Below, in pieces: positions 1 to 7,894 of a stretch of 27,346 nucleotides of DNA (position 1 is its first letter; each line of letters starts with the position of its first letter). Under the pieces are notes generated by a model, which saw only the letters and a program-made list of their open reading frames with translations, ran no database searches and was not told the origin of the DNA. The DNA comes from Candidatus Altarchaeum sp. (GTDB taxonomy: Archaea > Altiarchaeota > Altiarchaeia > Altiarchaeales > Altiarchaeaceae): assembly GCA_018260615.1 (NCBI GenBank), contig JAGWDQ010000115.1, positions 1-27,346 on the forward strand, given 5' to 3'. A program made the position numbers and the translations under genes.

Positions 1-203
1 AGCAGCGGATTGAAATTTTCGGAAACATTATTGCGGTGCTTTTTATAAGGTCTTATGAAAGAGCAGAAAGGGTTTATGCGGCAATGCTTTCACGAGGGTT
101 TGACGGAAATTTTAAAACAATAAAAGAATTTAAATTTTCCAATGCGGATTTTGGGTTTGCTACAATTATGGGATTAATTCTGATAAGTATATTTGTGATT
201 TAA
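1..203 (+). CDS. cbiQ: 3' end of ECF transporter transmembrane T component (CbiQ/EcfT-like), partial
   Basis: Frame from base 3 reads ...GNIIAVLFIRSYERAERVYAAMLSRGFDG... then a hydrophobic tail and TAA at 201-203. RSYERAERVY-AM-SRGF is the conserved CbiQ C-terminal motif. Not in the ORF track because it runs off the window. Confidence 0.85.
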   Translation, partial: QRIEIFGNIIAVLFIRSYERAERVYAAMLSRGFDGNFKTIKEFKFSNADFGFATIMGLILISIFVI

Positions 204-274
204 ATAGAGGGAATTGTCATTCATATTTCCAGCATAGCAATTATCTCTTTTGTTATTAATATCTTTACTAATGA

Positions 275-628
275 CTACTGTTTTAAATGCGAATCATTAG
301 ACCACACAGGACATTTCAATTTTAATGCAAGTGCTATAAAATCAGTATCATCTTTGTCAGGAATATTAGGTGCTTGTTTTAAAAAGTTCGAATATTCCTG
401 TAATGGAATAAATTCAACCAACACACATAGTTCTCTTCTTAAGTCCTTAAATTTTTCCGGAGAAATTCGCGTCTTTTCCAGTATTTCATTACAATGCTCG
501 TTAATTTCTTCCAATGCAAATTCAGGAGCAAAAAATTCTAAATTCGGATCCATCAATAAGCCCTTTGTAAATGAACCCTCCCAGAAAAATGTAAATAATA
601 CATTGGTATCAACAACAAATTTATTCAT
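275..628 (-). CDS. PIN-domain (VapC-like) toxin
   Basis: FVVDTNVLF N-terminal motif and D-DD-DFIALA...VWSND-HL C-terminal acidic motifs. ATG at 628 preferred over the TTG at 652. Confidence 0.85.
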   Translation of the reverse strand: MNKFVVDTNVLFTFFWEGSFTKGLLMDPNLEFFAPEFALEEINEHCNEILEKTRISPEKFKDLRRELCVLVEFIPLQEYSNFLKQAPNIPDKDDTDFIALALKLKCPVWSNDSHLKQ

Positions 629-644
629 TTCCGACGTTGATTTA

Positions 645-842
645 TCATACAAGCTCCTTCTTTTTTAATTCCTCAAATCTTCCCCGTCTCGATGCCCTCT
701 GAAGTTTAACCGACCAATCTGTCATTTCCTTTTCTTCTTCTAATTGTTTTACAAATCGTTTAAGTAATATTGATACATCTATATCTGATTTTTCAATTTC
801 TTCTTCCAGAGCATCTGGAATTTTAATAAGCAATTCGGCCAT
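645..842 (-). CDS. Putative antitoxin of the PIN toxin
   Basis: 65 aa, N-terminal LLIKIPDALEEEI (ribbon-helix-helix-like), directly upstream of the PIN gene. Confidence 0.65.
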   Translation of the reverse strand: MAELLIKIPDALEEEIEKSDIDVSILLKRFVKQLEEEKEMTDWSVKLQRASRRGRFEELKKKELV

Positions 843-869
843 TTTAATTATTTAAACTTTCATAAATAA

Positions 870-3485
870 TTACACGACAGTAAATTTATTTAATATATAA
901 TAAATCTGCCCGAAAGAAATCCCCCCGTCTCCCGCCGGAACCTTTTGATTAACCAGAACGCCATTTTTTGTCAGAAAAGAAGTCATTATTCTGTTATAAG
1001 CACACCCTCCGCTAAATACAATTTCCTTCTTATCCGTCTTAAATTTATTCGCAATTTCAAACAATCCCTCTGCAATATACTCCTGGACAGTATAAGCCAG
1101 TTTTCCTTTATCTTTGTCAATATTTTCAAGCAGGAATTCAAATATCGGAGTTGTTTTAAGAATATATCTTTGTTCTTTGCTCAGAGCGTCAGCGAGGTGA
1201 TATTCAATTTTCGGTTTTAGTCCGTATCCTTCATTGCCTGAATTTGCTTCAAGTTTCATAGCCGGCTCGCCGTCATAAGTTCTCTTATTACAAAATCCCA
1301 GTAAAGCAGATGCAGCATCAAGAATTCTTCCGCAACTTGTTGTCTCCATACAATTAAATTTATTTGTGTATTGTTTATAAAGCAGGTCAATTTCGGTCGT
1401 TGAATAAAATTTTTTCAGGACATCGTTAATTTCTCTTTCACTTAAAAATTTGCACAAGAGCCCGAACAACATCTTTTGGGGGTAAATTGCAGCGGAATCA
1501 CCACCGGGCATAATTTGTTCTTCCAGCGAGCCGATTCGTTTGTCCTTTTCCCCGCAGTCAAAAATTTCCCCGCCCCAGATTTTACCGTCCGAGCCATAGC
1601 CGGTTCCGTCACACGCAATTCCGACAAAATTTTTAAGCCCGTTTTCTCCCGCAACAGAATAAACATGTGCAAGATGATGCTGAACCTTAATCAGTTTCAA
1701 ATTTAAATTTTTGCTTAATTCCTCCGCGTATTTGGATGTATTATAAGAAGGATGCAAATCACAAATTAAAATATCAGGGCGGAGCGAGGTGAAATTTAAA
1801 AATTTATCTAAATTTTCCTTAAAATATTCATAAATTTCATAATTTTTTGTATCTCCGATATATCCTGACGGAATAGCAAAGCCATTCTTATATATGCAAA
1901 ATGTATTCATCATTTCAGCACCAGCGGCAAGCATTTTCAAATCGGGTTTTTCATTGGCCCTTTCAAAAATTTTTATCGGCTCGGGAACATACCCGCGACT
2001 CCTTCTGCTCAACAAAGGAATATTATTAATAACTTTAATTACCGAATCGTCTAATGGGTTTAAAATTTTCCTGTTATGCTCAAGAACAAAATCAGTAAAT
2101 TGCTGCTCCAAATCAGTTGTAATCGGAAGTCCGGGTTTATTTGACGAAGTCATAATTAACGGTTCGTCAATATAGTCGTATAAAAGGAAGTGCAAAGCAG
2201 TATAAGGAAGCATTATTCCTATTGTGTCTAAATTTGAAACAGCGTCCAGTTCGGTCTTGTCTTTTTTCTGCAGTATTACTATTGGTCTCGCTTTACTTTT
2301 TAATAAATTTTCCTCTCTCTCATTAATAACCGCAAATTTCTTTGCCATCTCAATATCCTTAACCATTATTGCAAACGGCTTGCTTTCTCTGTCTTTCCCA
2401 GATTTTCTGAGTTTCATAACTGTGCTTGCAGCGACTAAACAGGCAATGTGAAATCCGCCGATTCCTTTTATTGCTACGATGTTTCCTTTTTTTATTAAGT
2501 CAGCAATTGTCTTAATTTCATCTCCTTCACAAGTATAAATTTTTTCAAAATTTCCATCGGGGTTTTTGATATTTTTATAAAGCATACGATTTTCATTATC
2601 TTCACACGGAGACACGGAGACGCAAAGGGGGCAATTATGCGGAAAATCTGTGAGACTTTCAATCTTTAAAAATCTGCTGATTTTAAAATACGGAAAATCT
2701 GTGAGACTTTCAATCTTTAAAAATCTGCTGATTTTAAAATACGGAAAATCTGTGAGACTTTCAATCTTTAAAAATCTGCTGATTTTAAAATACGGAAAAT
2801 CTGTGAGACTTTCAATCTTTAAAAATCTGCTGATTTTAAAATACGGAAAATCTGTGAGATTTTCAATCTTTAAAAATCTGTTGATTTTTAAATACTCTGG
2901 GGCTTTGTGGCTTTGTGTGAGTATTTTTTTGATATAAATTTCAAGTTTTGGCCCGCAATTCTGGCATGCTATTGTTTGTGCGTGATACCTTCTGTTCATC
3001 GGATCTTTGTACTCCTTTTTGCAGGTCTCGCACATCTCAAAATCGCGCATTGAAGTATTGACTCTGTCATAGGGCGTTTTTTCAAGAATAGTAAAGCGGG
3101 GACCGCAATTTGTGCAGGTTATGAAAAAGTAATTATGCCTGTAATTTTCTTTGTCCCTTAATTCCTTTAAGCAGTCATCGCATAAAAATCCATCTGCGGG
3201 AACAAAACTAATGCCTTTGCCTTCACTGCTTTCCAAAATTTTAAAACCGTTAAATTTGTCGGTCTCATTTAAGTCAAAAATTTCATAACTTTCAATTCTC
3301 GCCAGCGGAGGAATTTCTCCTTTTAAAATTTCTGTGAAATTTTCAATATCATCATCAATCACAACTTCAACACCCTCTCCCGTATTTTTGACATAGCCGT
3401 TTAAATTTCTCTTAACACATTCTCGGTAAATAAAAGGTCTGAATCCGACACCCTGCACAATGCCTTTAATTTTTATTTTGTACAT
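870..3485 (-). CDS. hypF: Hydrogenase maturation carbamoyltransferase HypF with an approx. 120 aa repeat-derived insertion
   Basis: Acylphosphatase domain (GIVQGVGFRPF), two zinc fingers (CDDC...CTNCGPR; CETC...CQNCGP), YrdC-like KGIGGFH, Kae1-like CDLHP, QHHLAH, DGTGYG, SGG and PAGDGGISFGQ motifs. 871 aa, versus roughly 750 aa for typical HypF. Confidence 0.97.
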   Translation of the reverse strand: MYKIKIKGIVQGVGFRPFIYRECVKRNLNGYVKNTGEGVEVVIDDDIENFTEILKGEIPPLARIESYEIFDLNETDKFNGFKILESSEGKGISFVPADGFLCDDCLKELRDKENYRHNYFFITCTNCGPRFTILEKTPYDRVNTSMRDFEMCETCKKEYKDPMNRRYHAQTIACQNCGPKLEIYIKKILTQSHKAPEYLKINRFLKIENLTDFPYFKISRFLKIESLTDFPYFKISRFLKIESLTDFPYFKISRFLKIESLTDFPYFKISRFLKIESLTDFPHNCPLCVSVSPCEDNENRMLYKNIKNPDGNFEKIYTCEGDEIKTIADLIKKGNIVAIKGIGGFHIACLVAASTVMKLRKSGKDRESKPFAIMVKDIEMAKKFAVINEREENLLKSKARPIVILQKKDKTELDAVSNLDTIGIMLPYTALHFLLYDYIDEPLIMTSSNKPGLPITTDLEQQFTDFVLEHNRKILNPLDDSVIKVINNIPLLSRRSRGYVPEPIKIFERANEKPDLKMLAAGAEMMNTFCIYKNGFAIPSGYIGDTKNYEIYEYFKENLDKFLNFTSLRPDILICDLHPSYNTSKYAEELSKNLNLKLIKVQHHLAHVYSVAGENGLKNFVGIACDGTGYGSDGKIWGGEIFDCGEKDKRIGSLEEQIMPGGDSAAIYPQKMLFGLLCKFLSEREINDVLKKFYSTTEIDLLYKQYTNKFNCMETTSCGRILDAASALLGFCNKRTYDGEPAMKLEANSGNEGYGLKPKIEYHLADALSKEQRYILKTTPIFEFLLENIDKDKGKLAYTVQEYIAEGLFEIANKFKTDKKEIVFSGGCAYNRIMTSFLTKNGVLVNQKVPAGDGGISFGQIYYILNKFTVV
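2601..2921. mobile_element. Palindromic REP/MITE-like element inserted in frame in hypF
   Basis: 27 bp arms at 2601-2627 (ttcacacggagacacggagacgcaaag) and 2895-2921 (ctctggggctttgtggctttgtgtgag) are imperfect inverted repeats. They match the arms of the intergenic hairpin at 27131-27194. Confidence 0.8.
2641..2895. repeat. Tandem repeat, 5 x 51 bp (17 codons per unit)
   Basis: Unit ggaaaatctgtgagactttcaatctttaaaaatctgctgattttaaaatac. Four identical copies and a fifth with 3 substitutions. Encodes (LKIESLTDFPYFKISRF)n in HypF. Confidence 0.97.
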
Positions 3486-3511
3486 TTAAAATTTATATCA
3501 GATTGGTAAAA

Positions 3512-3562
3512 TGGTAAATCAATTTACCAGAAATCGGGTTTTTTGGTAAATGTATTTACCAA
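3512..3562. promoter_or_regulatory. Pair of palindromes upstream of hypF, possible operator
   Basis: tggtaaat-ca-atttacca (3512-3529) and ttggtaaat-gt-atttaccaa (3543-3562), 27-77 bp upstream of the hypF ATG. Confidence 0.4.
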
Positions 3563-3637
3563 CTTTTAAAAAATTTGTAAAGGGTAAAAATTTCTTATTT
3601 CGGAAATTTAAATTTAAGAATTTGAATTCTATCCTCA

Positions 3638-4147
3638 TTATTTTTGCTGTTCATCATCGTCATCATCACCTGCACCCGCATCATCACCATCTTTTTCTTC
3701 ATCTTTCCTTTGTTCTTCAACCAGTTCCGCGCAGTGTTCATCATCATACTGAATATCAAGCATCTCTTTCAGATGAGCATATAAAACATACGCATCACAA
3801 ACAGGGCAGCCCTTAACATAATCCTTGCACTTTTTCCCAAAGTTCTTTTTAATCCATTGCTTAAACACATATAAATTTATTCCCGTCTCATCAGTGATAA
3901 TCTCATCTGCACAGCATCTCGGACACTCCCAGTATTCCACTTCTTTATATTTGTCATGCTCTACAACCTTAATTTTTTTACCGTCATCAAACAAATCTTC
4001 TTCCCATTCTTTTATTATTTTCGCACCTTTGTCCGGAAGTTTCATTTTTGTATAAAAGATGCCTTTTGTCAGTATCACTCTTGTTTTGTCATCTATTTCT
4101 ACCTTCATTCGTTTTCCGCAAACAACACATTTTTTAGCGAGGAGCAT
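3638..4147 (-). CDS. Hypothetical Cys-rich (possible zinc-binding) protein with acidic tail
   Basis: 169 aa ORF with CVVC, CPRC and C-x6-CPVC motifs and a D/E-rich C-terminus. No family recognised. Confidence 0.6.
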   Translation of the reverse strand: MLLAKKCVVCGKRMKVEIDDKTRVILTKGIFYTKMKLPDKGAKIIKEWEEDLFDDGKKIKVVEHDKYKEVEYWECPRCCADEIITDETGINLYVFKQWIKKNFGKKCKDYVKGCPVCDAYVLYAHLKEMLDIQYDDEHCAELVEEQRKDEEKDGDDAGAGDDDDDEQQK

Positions 4148-4513
4148 TTTTAAGGCATTATAAAATTTAATTTTAATTTGTAATTATTCGGCCACTCAAA
4201 AAATAACATCATCATCGTTCGGATATTTCAAAATTACCGGTAAAATTTTGATTTTTACGCTCATTTTTCAAAAACGAAGTTTTTGAAAAATCCACGAACG
4301 AGAGTGAGCGGACTCCGTTTGTGTATTTTCAAAAAGTATTTCAAAAATTACCTTTTTGAAATTTGTATTTTTTGAAATTTTCACAGGTAATTTAAAAATA
4401 CGAAGTATTTTTAAAGATTGAAAACTCAAAGTTTTCAGTAAATTTTGCACACTCTGAATAGTTGCATAAATTTTAGAACAACAAGTATAAATAATATAAA
4501 TTTATAATCCCTA

Positions 4514-4732
4514 TCACATCTTCTCAAATTCCTCCCGTGTTAATTCAACATCCTTTAATATTTTTGCTAACAAAACAGGTCCAATCTCCTGATTTCCATG
4601 AAAAGGGATTGTTGTAGTCCGCCCATCAGAATGTCTGTAAAATACATGGCTTCCTTTCTGCCTTACCGGTTCAAATCCCAGTTTTTTGATACTTTTTTCT
4701 AATTCCTTTGGAGAGATAGGTGCTAATTTCAT
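4514..4732 (-). CDS. hicA: HicA-family toxin
   Basis: KKLGF-PVRQKGSHVFYRHSDGRTTTIPFHG is the HicA GSH motif. Overlaps the upstream hicB by 4 bp. Confidence 0.93.
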   Translation of the reverse strand: MKLAPISPKELEKSIKKLGFEPVRQKGSHVFYRHSDGRTTTIPFHGNQEIGPVLLAKILKDVELTREEFEKM

Positions 4733-4959
4733 GCTGTCACTTCTATTTGTTGAACACCAACAAATTTTGGTATTTTAGACATATTTTCTTCTTTTTCTTC
4801 TTCTACTTCCAGACAAAGCGATACAACTTCACTCATGTTTTTCATTAATTCGTCAATAGTTTTCCCCTGGCTGTGGCATCCCGGAATACCAGGAACCTCA
4901 CCAACATACATATCAACTTCTTCGTCCTTTTCGATTATAACGGTAAATTGTTTTTTCAT
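4729..4959 (-). CDS. hicB: HicB-family antitoxin (short form)
   Basis: FTVIIEKDEE..YVGEVPGIPGCHSQGKTIDELMKNMSEVVSLCLE is the HicB-like N-terminal domain. Confidence 0.92.
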   Translation of the reverse strand: MKKQFTVIIEKDEEVDMYVGEVPGIPGCHSQGKTIDELMKNMSEVVSLCLEVEEEKEENMSKIPKFVGVQQIEVTA

Positions 4960-5168
4960 TTTTGTTATCTTAATGAAAATTATGCTCTTAATGAAATAAG
5001 TGAAATTTCCTTTAAATATTTTGTTGTAAATAATTTAGATTTTATTATTATATCTTTTTTAGGACAAACCATCAGATAACTTGTTATACTTCACACTTCT
5101 TATAAATTGAATTTTTCAGATATTTGGAAAGGTTATTAATTCTTGAAATTTTGCAACTTAATGTGTTC

Positions 5169-5219
5169 TCAGCATATCCTCGGCACCAATTTCCCGCTTG
5201 GAACATCCAAAATTCGTGT
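5169..5219 (-). pseudogene. Displaced duplicate of the last 51 bp of hypE
   Basis: 47/51 identical to 5948-5998. Reads TRILDVPSGKLVPRIC-TGA versus TRLLDVPSGKLVPRIC-TAA. Confidence 0.9.
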
Positions 5220-5301
5220 TAACCGCAACTTCAACGCCATCTCATGTATTCTTAAACATACTCTTTTAAATTTCTCTTAACGGGATGTACTTATATGTTA
5301 T

Positions 5302-5628
5302 TTAAAGATGTAACATTTCTTTTATCATCTCATTTATTTTTTCCATCGTTTCGTCTTCAAGCACACCAACAATGTTTTTTATTTTCTTCTTATCAATGGC
5401 CCGCATTTGAAAGACCAACGCTATGGATCTTGAATTTAAGCCATTCTTTATTGATGGCTTAACATCTATTGTATGTAGAAATCGCAACGCCTGAACATTG
5501 GATGTAAAAGGAATAATTATAACAATTTCTGCATCCACTTCTGATAAGACAATTGCCGGCCTCATCCCGACTTGTTCATGACCGCCAGATGCCGGAATTT
5601 CAACAAGTACTATTGCACCCTTTTTCAT
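5302..5628 (-). CDS. PemK/MazF-family endoribonuclease toxin
   Basis: KGAIVLV...GHEQ-G-RPAIVLS...IIPFTS...Q-RAIDK is the PemK family pattern. Confidence 0.92.
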   Translation of the reverse strand: MKKGAIVLVEIPASGGHEQVGMRPAIVLSEVDAEIVIIIPFTSNVQALRFLHTIDVKPSIKNGLNSRSIALVFQMRAIDKKKIKNIVGVLEDETMEKINEMIKEMLHL

Positions 5629-5834
5629 TTTTGTAAGGCATTCTCAAAATTATTAAGTGTTTCATCACTTAATTCATCCCATTGTTGAAACTCCTGCTTT
5701 AATTCTATCTGTTTTTGAATCATATCCAGATAAACCACAATTGCCCTTTCTATAATATTCTGCTCGTTAAATCCCAGTATGTTAGAAGCATTCTTTACTT
5801 CACTGTATGCCTCTTCCGATATTTGAACTTGCAT
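5625..5834 (-). CDS. Putative antitoxin of the PemK toxin
   Basis: 69 aa, acidic, overlaps the toxin start by 4 bp. Confidence 0.7.
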   Translation of the reverse strand: MQVQISEEAYSEVKNASNILGFNEQNIIERAIVVYLDMIQKQIELKQEFQQWDELSDETLNNFENALQK

Positions 5835-5947
5835 TTTATATGATTTTAATTGAGTTTTCCAAACATTTAAATTATAAAGATAATTAGTTGCAGGAATATA
5901 AATATTTAAAATTTAAAACATTCGTTCTTATGTTTATATGTGATTTT

Positions 5948-6946
5948 TTAACATATCCTCGGCACCAATTTCCCGCTTGGCACATCCAAAAGTCGTGTCC
6001 CTCCGATTGCCGTCTTTATAATCACTCCTTTTCCTCCAACAACCTCTCCCGATATGCCTGCATCTTCATTAAATTTTTTCAAAATTTTCACACATTTTTC
6101 TGCAAAATCTGCTTTGACGCCGCAGACAAATCTTCCCTCGCATGCAATTTCATACGGATTTAATCCGAGCAGTTCACAAACCGCCTTCACTTCCTTTTTG
6201 ACCGGAATTTTATCTTCATCCAGCACAATTCTTACCTTGCTCTTTTCAGCCATTTCATTTAGCGATGCTGCAATTCCCCCCCTTGTCGGGTCTTTCATAG
6301 CAGTAACATACTCTGAAATTTTTCTCACCTGTTCAAATATCGGAGCGCAGTCGGAGATTAAATTTGTCCTGTAATCAAACCTCTTGCTTAATAATGCAAT
6401 TCCATGCTCTCCTATTCCCCCCGAAACGATAATTTTATCGCCAACCTTCAGTCCGGAATTTGAAATCGGCCTGTTTGTGATTCCGATTCCCGCTGTATTG
6501 ATCATAATTTTGTCTATCTTTCCTTTTTCAACAACCTTTGTATCTCCTGTAACAACGGGAATTTTTGTTTCGGATGAAATTTTTCCGACTGATGAAATTA
6601 TTTTCATTAAATTTTCTTTTTCAAATCCCTCCTCAATTATCAAAGACAGGGACATTCCGAGTGGAACGGCATTCATAACGGATAAATCATTGATTGTTCC
6701 GCAAAGAGACAATTTTCCGATATCTCCTCCGGGAAAGAATATGGGGCTGACGGTATATGAGTCGGTTGTAAAAACAATATTTTTAAAATTTAAATTGCTT
6801 AAATTTAGCGTTGCTCCGTCATCATCAGTATTTTTCCAGTGGGATTTAAATTTGGATTTTCTGCCTGTTCTGTTTAATTCAGTTCTTATTTTTTTAATTA
6901 ATTCATACATTGCTTTTCCGCCGGAACCATTATCAAGGGTTATCAT
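5948..6946 (-). CDS. hypE: Hydrogenase maturation carbamoyl dehydratase HypE
   Basis: GSGGK, DDGA, FTTDSYTV-PIFFPGGDIGKL, GDTKVV, DPTRGG, EIACEG and C-terminal PRIC. ATG at 6946 (MITLDNGSGG) preferred over 7012. Confidence 0.97.
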   Translation of the reverse strand: MITLDNGSGGKAMYELIKKIRTELNRTGRKSKFKSHWKNTDDDGATLNLSNLNFKNIVFTTDSYTVSPIFFPGGDIGKLSLCGTINDLSVMNAVPLGMSLSLIIEEGFEKENLMKIISSVGKISSETKIPVVTGDTKVVEKGKIDKIMINTAGIGITNRPISNSGLKVGDKIIVSGGIGEHGIALLSKRFDYRTNLISDCAPIFEQVRKISEYVTAMKDPTRGGIAASLNEMAEKSKVRIVLDEDKIPVKKEVKAVCELLGLNPYEIACEGRFVCGVKADFAEKCVKILKKFNEDAGISGEVVGGKGVIIKTAIGGTRLLDVPSGKLVPRIC

Positions 6947-7080
6947 TTTAAAGATTGTATTCTGCTTTTTTGTAATTTTGTAAAATACTTGATTTATAAA
7001 TTTAAAAAACATTTAAATGTCCCGGAAGAAATTTTGTCCAAATGAGCAAGGATAAAAAACTTTGCTGATACGCTCTATTA

Positions 7081-7893
7081 TCAAATGTTTTGTGATTGTC
7101 CTACTATCTCAATTAAGGTCTTTTGTTTTTCTGGCTCAATCTCTATCTTCCTTTTTATCCCGTTAATTTTACCTTCTAATCTTTTCAATATGGCATCATA
7201 GTAATCATTTGATATTTCTATTGTTATGAAGTTTCGTTTCAGTTTTTTGGCAACTGTCGCAGTTGTTCCTGTTCCTCCAAAAGGATCTAAAATTAAATCC
7301 TGTTCATTAGAACTTGTTTTTATTATTAAATCCAATAAATCTTCCGGCATCTGACAGGGATGTTTCCCTATCCGTTCTTTAAAAGTGCCGCAGACCCTTG
7401 AAAATTGCCAGACATCATCAGGAATCTTCCCCAAAGGATTTGCCCGCTTATCGTTATATACAAGTTGTCTTGCAGAAGGAATCCTTATGTTTTGAGCGTT
7501 AAATGTAAATCGTTTCCTGTCTTTGGTAAAATATAAAATATGCGTATGGGCACGATTAAATTTTTTCCGCTGATTTTGTCCGAATGCATAGTACCATATA
7601 ATCCAGTTTCTAAAATAAAAGCCGGTTCTTTTTAAAATTGTATTTATTTCTGCTGCAAACTCATCACTAATTGCAATATATATTGTCCCGGTATCTTTGA
7701 GGAGACGATAACATTCTCTTATCCATCTTTCTGACCACTTATAATACTCGTCATAAGGCAAGTTATCATCATAAACATCATATTTTATTCCTATATTGAA
7801 GGGCGGATCTGCAAACACTAAATCCACTGATTTATCAGGTAGTGTTTTCATAATTTCTATGCAGTTACCCAAATATACTTTATTTACTTCCAT
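7081..7893 (-). CDS. Beta-class amino (N6-adenine or N4-cytosine) DNA methyltransferase
   Basis: Motif IV DPPF near the N-terminus, HPCQMP, then motif I DPFGGTGTT. ATG at 7893 follows the endonuclease stop with a 1 bp gap. Confidence 0.93.
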   Translation of the reverse strand: MEVNKVYLGNCIEIMKTLPDKSVDLVFADPPFNIGIKYDVYDDNLPYDEYYKWSERWIRECYRLLKDTGTIYIAISDEFAAEINTILKRTGFYFRNWIIWYYAFGQNQRKKFNRAHTHILYFTKDRKRFTFNAQNIRIPSARQLVYNDKRANPLGKIPDDVWQFSRVCGTFKERIGKHPCQMPEDLLDLIIKTSSNEQDLILDPFGGTGTTATVAKKLKRNFITIEISNDYYDAILKRLEGKINGIKRKIEIEPEKQKTLIEIVGQSQNI

Positions 7894-7894
7894 T

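Noticed and set aside
2641-2895. 51 bp repeats as a CRISPR array
   Set aside because: Units are head-to-tail with no unique spacers, and no cas genes are in the window.
2591-2930. HypF insertion as an intein
   Set aside because: No Cys/Ser start or His-Asn end motif; the sequence is explained by DNA repeats.
2650-2937. Plus-strand 95 aa repetitive ORF
   Set aside because: Antisense reading of the tandem repeat inside hypF.
3550-3816. His-rich plus-strand ORF as a nickel-binding protein
   Set aside because: The His run is the antisense of the GAT/GAC-rich acidic tail of the 169 aa gene; the rest is not protein-like.
4170-4265. Possible PIN-domain fragment (KYPNDDDVIF) on the minus strand
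   Set aside because: Only about 22 codons with weak similarity; indistinguishable from chance.
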